NCBI GenBank assembly: GCA_040285855.1
Contig: JAUFOQ010000013.1
Coordinates: 1,550,001-1,614,000, forward strand
Length of the DNA: 64,000 bases
DNA from: Eukaryota sp. GEM-RC1
Lineage: Eukaryota
Direction of reading: 5' to 3'
The notes below the pieces were generated by a model. That model was given only the letters and a program-made list of their open reading frames with translations. It was not told the origin of the DNA and searched no databases. Positions 48,980 to 59,402 of the stretch are shown in pieces (positions within the stretch are counted from its first letter, which is position 1; the number at the start of each line of letters is the position of its first letter). A program made the position numbers and the translations under genes.

Positions 48980-49455
48980 TCACATGGATTCACAAACACG
49001 GACATGAAGCAGTTTAAGATTTGGTAAAAACAAGGAAGACTTGTTCAAAAATTCCAAGTCACTGTGATATTGAATTACCGATGACAACGCCTCAATCGCA
49101 TATGTATAAATGGAAAAGTCGTTTACTTTAAAACAGCCACTAAGTGTCAAGAAGAGAGAACGTACATCTGCTCGAAAGAAAGAAGCAAGTGAAACAAGTG
49201 AATTGAGCTCTTTAGACTGCACATGAAACGTTTCTGATTGGAAATAGACCTTAACTCCTAGAAGAGATGTGTCGAAAAAGTGACGGCTTACATAGCTAAC
49301 TTTCTTAAAGAACAAGTATAATTTTTTAATCAACTCATAAAGAGGATCCTGACGAGTTGACAAAAGAGAGAGGTAATAAACTCTGCCCTTGATATATCTG
49401 TGTTTCTTCACGATCAACGGTCAACTTAAATTCATACCAAACTCCAGTCCCATAT
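48980..49455 (-). pseudogene. Truncated N-terminal part of an NLRC3-like family paralogue
   Basis: SLASFFRADVRSLFL..LEFLNKSSLFLPNLKLLHVRV aligns by eye to the pre-LRR region of 4988-5983 (SLFEAEVSSVFL..MEFLDNICCFFPFIKQLQVSV). Confidence 0.6.
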
Positions 49456-50184
49456 CAAGTTGGAAATTGCAAGACACTCTGAGCCTTAAAGCTACGAATG
49501 AAGCTAATAGAAATGATTTAAATTGGTCAGAGGGGAATCATATGGTTAATTGGGTTTAATTTGATCCTATCAGTAATAAAGTTCTTATAATTGTAAAAGC
49601 TCATTAGAACATTTGAAATTTTGTTGCATATTTCTCGTTAAAAACAAAAAAAGTTATATTTTGGAGGTCAAAATTGAAACTCTCATATCGGAATTAGTCT
49701 CACTGAGACTATTTTCGAGTGAGACTAATTGAAACAATCGGTGTACCATAAAACCTCAGCTACTGATAGATTGAATGAGCACTCAAATAATAAGAACTAA
49801 AAAGGGTACAACTTCATCTTCTAGTAAATTAAACAAATTTCTATTGTTTGTATACATCTTTCAATATCTTTTTGTTCTTTTCGTCTGGAATCAATTTTAT
49901 TGCCAAACGTTCATTGGAAAAGAAATATAAATAATGTTTTCAAATGAACTAATTCTAATCGTTACTGTTAAATAAGGTACTCCTGTTTTGTGCAGGAGTT
50001 TTGTTCGGTTGAATAAGTAGTTGTGTATGTGTACTGATTATGATTCGTATGCCATGATTTGGAAAAGCCCACGTCTACTTGACTTCGACTTGAGTCGATT
50101 TGTTTTACAGCTCTGTGTTTCGGTTAATATAGTGCTGTTACGTCAATTTAGAATGTATGTGATAAAGTAAAAGAAAAACGAGTT

Positions 50185-50625
50185 TAATTAGTTGATACAC
50201 AAAAACGATTTGGTAGGAAAAAAATATTGTACAATTCAATTGCATACTGAAGAAAAGTATCTGGATGATTTAACAGATGCCGATATTGAGGAATTAAATC
50301 TAAAGGATAGAACTCTTGTGGGTATTGATCCAAATAAGTATGCCCCAATTGTTGCTGGCACAGAAAAGTCTGCTAATGAATTAGAAAGAGAAGGAATTGA
50401 AATAAATTCAACCACAAGACCACGAAAGCCATCAGGACGTGTAATTAAAAACAGAAGAAACCAAAGAACACCCAAACCTGAAGTTCAAGTGTCTGAAGAT
50501 GTTAAACTGAGAGAAATAGACAAGTTTAAAGAGTTTGTTTATAATCAAGGAGAACGTAACTACGACTTCAAATTCACAAAATACCGTAAAACAGAACAAC
50601 GAAAGCTCGAATCGACTACTTATCT
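50185..50625 (+). pseudogene. Fanzor/TnpB-family nuclease fragment (RuvC-I region)
   Basis: LIHKNDLVGK..EKYLDDL..TLVGIDPNK..FVYNQGER..KFTKYRK. Confidence 0.7.
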
Positions 50626-52337
50626 TGATGTAACTGGTAAGGATGCAATAAGTCTCTTCTCAGCTGCTATCAATCAAGGACAAAAACAATCTTGTGTTCT
50701 TGTAGGTAGCTAACCTGTCCTTTGGTTTTGTCTTCTTCTGCTTCAGGAGAAGACACTGCATTCAACCTCCAGTGGATGAGCTTCTCTGCATACATTCTTC
50801 GTACTCCATCGTCACATTCTTTCTGACTTCAGAGAATGTTGTTGTTCTTCTTTTGGTTCGGATTAGCCCTGCTACCTGAGAAGAAACCTACCCTGGATAC
50901 TTTTTCAAAAAAAATACGGAATCAATAGTGTAAATAATTTTTTTTGGTAATAAATTATTTCCAAAAGACAACGACCTGAACTCTACTAAAATTAAATCAT
51001 GACATAAATTATCAGAACAACTGGTACCACTTCATCAAACATGGTTCTAGAGGAAATAAAAACAATGTTTTACTTCCTTAAGATCCCAAAGTGAAGTACA
51101 CCAACCAAATGAAAGTTTAACACAATAGTTTTTTTAAAAATTCAAATATTAAATAATTGTAATTGTGAAATTCTGAATAAAGAAAATTCCTTCCTTCATC
51201 GAATGGAAACACACATTAGTCTTAAATAAACGTTACCATCAGCAGTAACAACTCAAAAATTGAATTTTTTAAAAATTGGGGAAGCTAATATTGATTTTCA
51301 ACACTTCCAACAGTATAGAAAGAACGAAGGCCCACATTGAGTTCCTCTGAACTCAAGTAGAGCCTGCGACATGTCAGTTGTTGAGGTATAAGGTTCAATA
51401 TCAAGAACAACTGGAACAGCTTACGGCAAGGAATAGCTAAGAGCAAATCTAGAGCTTGGCGCAACAGTGGAAGACAAACGAATGTTGAAACTGCTGTTAA
51501 AGGAGAGATTTGACAACAAGTTTTAGGTCGTTTCAAGTAGTGAGTAGAAATGCAAGCCAAAAACGAATAGGATCATCTAAGACCAGGATATTGATCACGC
51601 CATCACTGAATGCGTTATGAGGAGATACATTTGCAATGATTAGGTGTTTGTTTCCGGAAGGAGTTCTGGACTTTCTTCATGTACGGCGACATGGTTAAAG
51701 TACCAAGGTCTAACATCTACCTTCTTGAAGAAATGAGATGAGATATAATGACAAGAAAGACAGTCATTTGCTTTTATAGTGGTGTTGACAAGTTGACATG
51801 AGTGACAAAATGTCAACATTGACAGAATGTCCCAACTATCAGTCGTGAATTCATGACAACAGAACAGTTTATGTATGCTATAGTTGTTCTTCTCATGCCT
51901 ATGATAGAATATGAAGAGTAAATTCCTGATGTAAAACTCGACGCAAAATATTACCAAAGTACATCAGTTAGATCTAGTCAAATGACTCGATTTCAGTCGT
52001 ACATCGATGGACTTGAATAAAAGGGGGAGTTTGACTTGAGTTGTTGCCAACTCTAACATCTTCAAAATTAAGGCTAGACGAACACAATCCAAATACTTCC
52101 AGAAGGTAGATATGTGTAGTTCAATCAGTTCGACTGACGGTATGTGGGATCAAAACCAAATTATAGACCAACAACATCTCAACTCGTAGTGGACTCAGAC
52201 GAATCCAGTCAAATTCCACCCTAAGTTCACTAGACCTTAGACTCGTCTCGACTTACAAAAGTGGAGTCAGCTAAACTAAGTAGTCAAGTTCGAGTCTAGA
52301 TGAGTCAATTGCAATTTACCGCCAATTTTCAAACTTT

Positions 52338-53147
52338 ATGACCAAACTTAATCCTAATGTCATCCACTCTCATGGAGAACTTGGCGTCCCTAGATCAAAA
52401 AAAGGTCCTCGTACAAGAGCACAATCGCCTGACCTTAACACATCCAGGAGAAATGAACAACGACAGGTTAGCCTCAATTCAAGAATAGAAGAGAAACGCA
52501 GTGGAAGTCAGGAGTCCAAGCATACACCTCCTCACCTAGAAGACACCACTCCAGTGAGGCCAATAGCGCCTTCTAAACCCACACAACCACATTCACCGCA
52601 ATTCAGACTTAAAAGACGATACGAAATCCGCTTAGTTATACGACAAGCAACTCAAAAACTTGAAGAGGAGAAACAGAAAGCTAAACGAGAGTTCAAGGCA
52701 AAAGCAAAGCCTCGATCCCACCTCCATCCTTTTATACCAAAACCCTCCAACAACCCCGTTACTACTCCTCAAGACCATTCTCTACATACCAAACACAGAT
52801 CCTTACAGAGAAAGCAATTTGATGAATCTCAACAATTGAGATTATCTCAGATCGAAGAAACAAAGAAATTTCTTGAACAACAACAAAGAGAAGAAGATAG
52901 ACGTGCTATTAGAAGACGTCGTCAAAATCTCATTCCTAGAGCTACTCCAATGCCTAGTTTCTCATACAAACCGATTCTTCCGATACCAACAGCTCTGACA
53001 TTACCACAAAGTCCAGCTCTCAGTACCAGAGGTAGGTCTAGGATATCGATGGGAGTAGATATGTGTGTTACCAAAATACGTAAGGATATTAAGAAGAGAA
53101 TCTCACGTAAAAAGTCAACATCGAAGAAGTTTCAATTGTACTCGTAA
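52338..53147 (+). CDS. TPX2: TPX2-like microtubule-associated protein
   Basis: TQPHSPQF, REFKAK, TTPQDHSLHTKHRSLQRKQFD, RQNLIPRATPMP and LTLPQSPALST. Confidence 0.75.
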   Translation: MTKLNPNVIHSHGELGVPRSKKGPRTRAQSPDLNTSRRNEQRQVSLNSRIEEKRSGSQESKHTPPHLEDTTPVRPIAPSKPTQPHSPQFRLKRRYEIRLVIRQATQKLEEEKQKAKREFKAKAKPRSHLHPFIPKPSNNPVTTPQDHSLHTKHRSLQRKQFDESQQLRLSQIEETKKFLEQQQREEDRRAIRRRRQNLIPRATPMPSFSYKPILPIPTALTLPQSPALSTRGRSRISMGVDMCVTKIRKDIKKRISRKKSTSKKFQLYS

Positions 53148-53239
53148 TATTATTATTATTGTACCTTCGTTTAATTATGTAAAGGTACATACAGTAATGG
53201 TAAATTTGTATATTTAAATTTATTTAAAATGTGATTTAA

Positions 53240-55343
53240 TCAACTTTCAAATTCGGCAATACTGACCTGTCGTTTAACAGCACGAGTAAAACCTTCATGA
53301 AATTTAAATTTTACAGGAACTGTAGATTTTCGATTTTTGGTGTTGAAGTTGGAGATCCAATTGCCAAAAACGTAGCCAAACCTGTTCTTTTTCTCTTGAC
53401 TTCAGGAGACTTAATAAGATCAATAGTTTTGATATTTGATTGAGAAAATGACGTGGGTTTTGATTGGCTAAACTCTTGAGAATATGATTCCATTTCCACA
53501 TCTTCAATCATATCATCAATTGGCTGTGAAGGTTCAATTAGAGCTTCAAAATCATCTAAACCCGATTGCATTCCAATATTTTTAATATTTTTAATTTTAA
53601 AATGTTCAACTTCCCTTATAAACCACTGCTTATGTTCATCCCTTAACACTGGTAGTTTCTCAGTAAAGAATAAAAGATCGTTTACTGGAGGATCTAGTTG
53701 AAAAGGAGACGTCTGATCATCTATCAAAAATGATGGCTTGAAACTCTTTGAGTAAGTTAATCCAAATAATGACAACTTTTCAACAATTTCGTACATGTAG
53801 TTCATTTCTGCAGGTTTCAATACAGCCAATGGGCGCAAAGACGGGGTAATAAAAGTTAATAAAAATGGAATATAATAGAGTCTTGAATGAGTTTTTGAAA
53901 TAAATGGGGATAAACTAGAATGAATTCCAGAATGAAAAGTAGATAGAATATTGGACATATTTGAATAAGTATAGCGTTGAATGAAATAGCCTTTGGGAAT
54001 TTCAGGTGGAGATTTTGGTGGCATTTGAGTCATTGATTGTCGTAACGACGTTAGAAGAATCAATTTTGATTGGTGATTATGCGTATCACACTCAGAAAAA
54101 TAAGTTGAGAAGTTTAAATTTTTGACCATTAGAGGATCAGAAATAGCTGAAGTTGAATTGTGGAAAGCAAGATCAATGAGAGTTGAAGATTCTCCAAAAT
54201 CATCAAATTTGTTGAAAACATCAGAATATTTAAAATTTGTCCGTAAAATTCCCTGACTTTCATTTGCAAACAAAAGTTCAACATCACCCGCAAACTTGCC
54301 TTTTCATCAACCTCTGATAGAGAGTTATTAACCCCTTCCATATCTATTTTTTCCCCTGATCCAGCAATCAACTGAATACTGGTGATTGTTCTTCTGATAT
54401 CACCATCACATTTACTGACCAATTTGGAAAGAGCAGAATTATCATAATTAAGCTGCTGATTAGCACAAATATACTGTAAGCGTGATATTAACCGTTGATT
54501 AGTTGGTTGATTAACATGTAGTACAAAACAATATTTTTTAAAATTCTTCAAAACAGGAGCATATAAATCATTACAAATGCAAATAGTTGGACGATTGATC
54601 TTTTTTGATTTTGCCATTGAAATGAGCTTACTGATTGGTCCACCCTTCAAGTCATTAAAAGTCAATCCATCAAGCTCATCCAAAACCAAACACGTGATTT
54701 CATTTGAATTTGACCCTGATGACGTTTCCTGATTAAAAGATATCGACCGTGATGAATTGGCAGCCTCGATTGGCTCAAAAAAAGTCTTTTCGGTACGCTC
54801 CAATGACGAGTTAATAACTATAGGTTTAAATCCAATTGTCTTAGCACATACTGAAGCCAATGTTGTTTTTCCTAGGCCTGGAGGACCAGTAAGGAGGAGG
54901 AAAGGTTGCTCTGGTTTAGAAGTGGGGTTGGTTTGATAGTCAAATGACCAGGATTTAAGCCATTGGAGTACTTGGCGGTTGAGAGAAGAGTCAGAGAGGA
55001 GAGAGGAGAAGGAGGTGGGGCGGAATAGATCTGTCCAGAGTCTGGATGATTGAGATCGAGGAAGAGACTCGGAGGAAGTTGGAGTGGAGAGTTTGTGGTG
55101 CTGGTCTAGAAGTTGACGCCATTGTTGGATGTGGGAACCAGGTTGAAAACTAGATGTGGCTAATGGTATTTGGTCATTTAGAGAAGAAGAAAGAATCTGA
55201 ATGGAGTTGTGAAAGACGGAAGAAGTGGTGAGTTTAACTGTTTGATGAAGAAAGTGCTCATGAGAAGAAACTGGCTTCCAACTGGGAGGACTAAGACACT
55301 CATCAATAGACAAAGCAGGAGAGTCTGGTAGAGGAGAGCTCAT
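53240..55343 (-). CDS. CTF18: CTF18 clamp-loader subunit (AAA+), indels at ~54302 and ~53336
   Basis: LWTDLFRPTSFSSLL, NRQVLQWLKSW, GPPGLGKTTLA, LDELDG, RPTICICND and GDIR, plus the C-terminal FKFHEGFTRAVKR motif in the shifted frame. Confidence 0.92.
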
Positions 55344-55535
55344 ATAACATTGAAGAAATTGAATCTCTAAAGAATACTTTTTCTTGATTTTTTACTGGAA
55401 TCTTAGCATTCTCATACGAATAAACGGTCAAAAGATCAACAAGAACAGTAGTAACGGTGAGCACTATTTGATATCGATCAATCAACCTGGAATGTAAATC
55501 TTAAATTTTACATTCTCCATCTTTGAACTTTCCTT

Positions 55536-56177
55536 ATGGACTTTCTTGAGGAGGCTGAGACTTCTTGGGTCTCCTGGTTCTGCGGCTTACGTGGTAATGA
55601 GCTTTTCTGTGAGGTAGACCACTCTTTTATTACCGATGACTTTAATATGATGGGACTTGCTGCTATCGTTCCAAACTACAGAGCTGCTTTAGATATAATA
55701 CTTGATCGTCTTGACGTATTCAACCTTCCTGAAGACAAACAATATCAACTGGCTGAATCAGCCCGCCTACTGTATGGGCTAATACATGCTAGATTCATAC
55801 TAACGAATCTTGGATTAGCACGTATGGCCACTAAATATGAAAATGGCGATTTTGGTGTTTGTTCTCGTGTATTTTGTGAAAGTCAATACCTCCTGCCTGT
55901 CGGTTTGTATGATGCGATCGGAAAGGAACCAGTACTGTTGTACTGTGCGAGATGTAACAGGGTGTACAAGTCTCCCGCCAATCGCCACAGAAACATTGAC
56001 GGTTGCTTCTTTGGAAGTACCTTTCCCCATTTATTTCTAATGGTTAAATCACAGTTCAGACCTGCCCCAAGTGCAGAAACTTACATTCCGAAACTTTTTG
56101 GATTCAACATTAGGCAGCCTGTTCGTTTACCGCCACCATCGGAGGCTTCTAGTGCTGATACGGATTCTCACGAGTAG
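55536..56177 (+). CDS. CKB1: Casein kinase II regulatory beta subunit
   Basis: SWVSWFCGLRGNELFCEVD, LYGLIHARFILT, FGVCSRVFC and IDGCFFGSTFPHLF. Confidence 0.97.
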   Translation: MDFLEEAETSWVSWFCGLRGNELFCEVDHSFITDDFNMMGLAAIVPNYRAALDIILDRLDVFNLPEDKQYQLAESARLLYGLIHARFILTNLGLARMATKYENGDFGVCSRVFCESQYLLPVGLYDAIGKEPVLLYCARCNRVYKSPANRHRNIDGCFFGSTFPHLFLMVKSQFRPAPSAETYIPKLFGFNIRQPVRLPPPSEASSADTDSHE

Positions 56178-56491
56178 AGTAGTTAATCTTTTATTGTTTT
56201 TTTTTGTTTTTTTGTGTTAATAATATAGAAGATTGGGTTAGGTAATATTGATGTTTCTTATGTAGTAGAAGGTAGCAATTAGGTTGTAGTTGAAATTGTC
56301 CCTGAAAATGGAGGTACATGTATGTGAACAGTATCTGCAACTTCGATGATTTAACAGATTACGAAATCAAAAAAACACTCCAATGTCCGACATTTTAGTT
56401 CAAATGGAGTGGCACGCTTATCCATATGGATGTTCCTGGGGAGTAAAGGTGTAGACAAAGCAATTCATTTTTCATCTTTCTTTCAAAACCA

Positions 56492-57621
56492 ATGGGTCGA
56501 TCACGCAAAAGAGAACCCACCAAAAACCTACTGACCAGGACTATGGAGATGGAGTACCCCGTGTCTTTATCTTCAACAAAGATGGGGTGAGTAATTCTAT
56601 CAAACATATAGTTGACGATCTACGTCTCGTATTCTCTCCAAATACTTCTAGACGTCTATCGATAAAAAAAACAAAACAATCTCAAAGACTTTGTAGCACT
56701 TGCTGGACCTCTCAATCTCTCTCACCTACTCTTCTTCACACAGACAGACACTGCTCCCTATCTCCGTATAGCCAAGCTTACAAGCGGCCCCACGCTCATC
56801 TTCCGAGTAGAATCATTCTCTCTTATGCGCGATATTGCTGCTTTCCGTACCCAATCTTCTCTTCCCAACGCTGCTGGAGGAGCTGACTACACAAACGCTC
56901 CCCTACTCATCCTCTCTGGCTTTGGATCTTCGCCAAATCTGCCGGAATCCGCTCTTCAACTCATGTCTACAACCTTTCAACAAGTAATTCCATCTATTGA
57001 TATTGAAAAAATCAAACTTACACAATGTCGACGTACTCTACTTGTACATAAGCAAAGTGACGATTCAATTGAGATTAGGCATTACACAATCTCCTCCAAT
57101 AAGGCTGTCTCTTCATCTACTCTGACTGCTCTTGCCAAAAACAAACTCCCAAAGAACGTTGATTTAGGCGATATTGATGACGTTGCGGATGTGCTATCAC
57201 GTGATGGTCACGATACTGATACTGAAGATGGATCATCTCGAAGTAAGGTTAAGTTGGTCGAGATTGGACCTAGGATTAGGCTGTCTTTGTATCGTATTGA
57301 AGATGGTTTGTGTGGAGGTAATGTTTTATTACATAGTTATCAAACAAAAACTGAACAAGAAATCGATGAGTTACGCAAAAAGAAGCAATCCGAGTTCAAC
57401 GCCAGAGAGAAATGGAAATAATCAAATCTAAGAAGAGAAATGAGGAGATTGAAGCAGTTAAACAGCAGAAAGTGGAAGAAAAGGAAAAAAGGAAGGAATC
57501 GAGAAAGAAAGCTGCTCAGGAAGAAGAGGAGAAAATGAATGAAGAGAAAATGGTGGGAAAAAGAAGGAAAGGTGGTTCTAAGGGAATGAAAAAAAGAGGT
57601 GATTTAGTTTTAGTTTTTTAG
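56492..57621 (+). CDS. PPAN: Brix-domain ribosome biogenesis protein Ssf1/Peter Pan, several A-run indels
   Basis: DLRLVFSPNTS, LKDFVALAGPL, GPTLIFRVESFSL, IEIRHY and VKLVEIGPRIRLSLYRIEDGLCGGNVLLH, with a K/E-rich tail. Confidence 0.9.
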
Positions 57622-57753
57622 TATTTAATGTTTAGTATTTCTTGAATTTTTAACTCATAATTTTAATTCTTTATGTTCAATATTTGTTGTTGATTCCAAC
57701 AGCTAGAATTAGTCGCAGTATCGAGTAATTTTACAGATTCAAAAATTTTTACG

Positions 57754-57850
57754 TACTTAATTTACCTAATACTAAAACCAACAAAACCCCTACTAGCCTA
57801 TCTCTTCGTGGCTAGTAATTGGGTAGGACTAGTATTAGGTTAATTAGAGT
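57754..57850. mobile_element. Short deletion derivative of the 40727-41093 MITE
   Basis: Same termini and internal TACTAGCCTATCTCTTCGTGG. Confidence 0.8.
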
Positions 57851-58119
57851 TCATATCGGACTGGAAACCACTCTACCAATATGAGACTAATACTTTATTG
57901 ATGATGAAGTTTATAGCACTTCTTCATTAGGAATCAATTCCAATTCGGTTCATTTCATACTTACTTTGACCTTGAACTGGACTAACTAACAATCTATTTC
58001 AATATTCAGACAAATTTGAAATTGCATCAAAAGTAGTGACCACATTCTGTACAATCAAAGAAAATACTTTTCAGTACTACTATTCAATTAATTAATTCTT
58101 AATTCAATCTATTCCAAAC

Positions 58120-58679
58120 CATGAAACGCAAATGTTCCATACCACGGCGATTTTAGGCGTACCGTACCGTACATTTGTACGGTACAAGTACCGGTACTGT
58201 TCTTTTGACCGACTAAAATGAACTATTACTATTTTGAACATGGTGATCCAATGTGAGATTTTAAGAGTTACCATCGTCATAAATTCTACCATTAAACATT
58301 GCTCAGGATATCAAAATCGTGATTGTCACACTTATTCAAATTTGGGGTACATCATTTGTTGACCACAACTTCCCCAAAACGACATTTTTACGTAAGAAGC
58401 TCAGCAATCGCTCGACATCAACAATAGTAGTAGCTGCTTCGAATCGCAATGTATTTATTGAGTGGCTTCGACGTAATATATCAATGATAAAGGGCACAAA
58501 AACCCACAGATTGGATTTTTAAACAATCAGATGATGCGGTAGCAATTTGAACTAGAACTGTGTTTGAGAATGAACCTCCACTCAAAAAATAGTATTTGTA
58601 AATCTATTTCGATCATTCATAAATAGGCTTTTCATAAAATCAAATGACATCGGTACGTACCAACAATTTGCGCACATTG
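58120..58679. mobile_element. hAT-like MITE, inverted sister of 32144-32736
   Basis: Colinear reverse-complement similarity, with TSD TTCCAAAC / TTCCAAAG. Confidence 0.85.
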
Positions 58680-58819
58680 TTCCAAAGTCACACACACATG
58701 TAGTGAAAACTTGAACGTATTCATAACAAACTATTTCTATTTGTTTTACCTGGAATGTTGTAGTGTTCCCAATTATGTGGTAAATATCCATTTGCTGGTC
58801 TGGTGGAACTATCTTCTAA

Positions 58820-59335
58820 ATTTAGAACAAAGAAGTTCATTGAACTAAAACACCTCTCAATCAAGGCGAAGTTCTTTTTGAATTGAGGCTGGCATTGTTG
58901 TATCAGGCTAGGTGATCATCTTAATGGAATAAAGATGACTGTGTATTGATGTTTGGTGACAATGGTAATAAGAGGCAGACCCTAAAACACCTGCGATCAA
59001 GTAGAGGTGTTGGTTGGAGAAACTTCTTTAAGAGAAATGGTTACAATATTGTTCTTGTAGATGAGAGTTACACGTCTTCAAAGTGTCCTTCTTGTTGGGG
59101 ACAGTTAATGTGTTGATGGAAGTTGACAATCATAGACCCAAGAAACAAGAAGAGAAGCCTACGGTGAAGTAACAGGCGTTGTAAAGATGTCAGCTCCAGC
59201 AGTGCAGAGAAGAATGTAATGACAAAAACAAAGTGTGGAATTGTAACAAGTAAGCATGTATCAACATCAAAGCGATTACGGAGCATCATTTGGAGCGGGA
59301 TCTATGAGTTGGACCCAGTTATTTGTCTATTTGTC
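58820..59335 (+). pseudogene. Fanzor/TnpB-family nuclease fragment (RuvC-II, zinc finger, RuvC-III), inactivated
   Basis: VLMFGD..GVGWRNFFKRNGYNIVLVDESYTSSKCPSC..VDNHRP..AL*RCQLQQC..VWNCNK*ACINI..GPSYL, with stops and one frameshift. Confidence 0.85.
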
Positions 59336-59402
59336 ATAGAGAGGAAACAAAACCAATAACAACAATTGCCTCCTGGACCTCTTCAATCGCCAATCTCAGT
59401 TT

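Noticed and set aside
51960..52310. GACTC/GAGTC-rich region (also ~44860-44900 and ~50080-50117)
   Set aside because: Probably decayed MITE pieces, but I could not define paired TIRs or a TSD.
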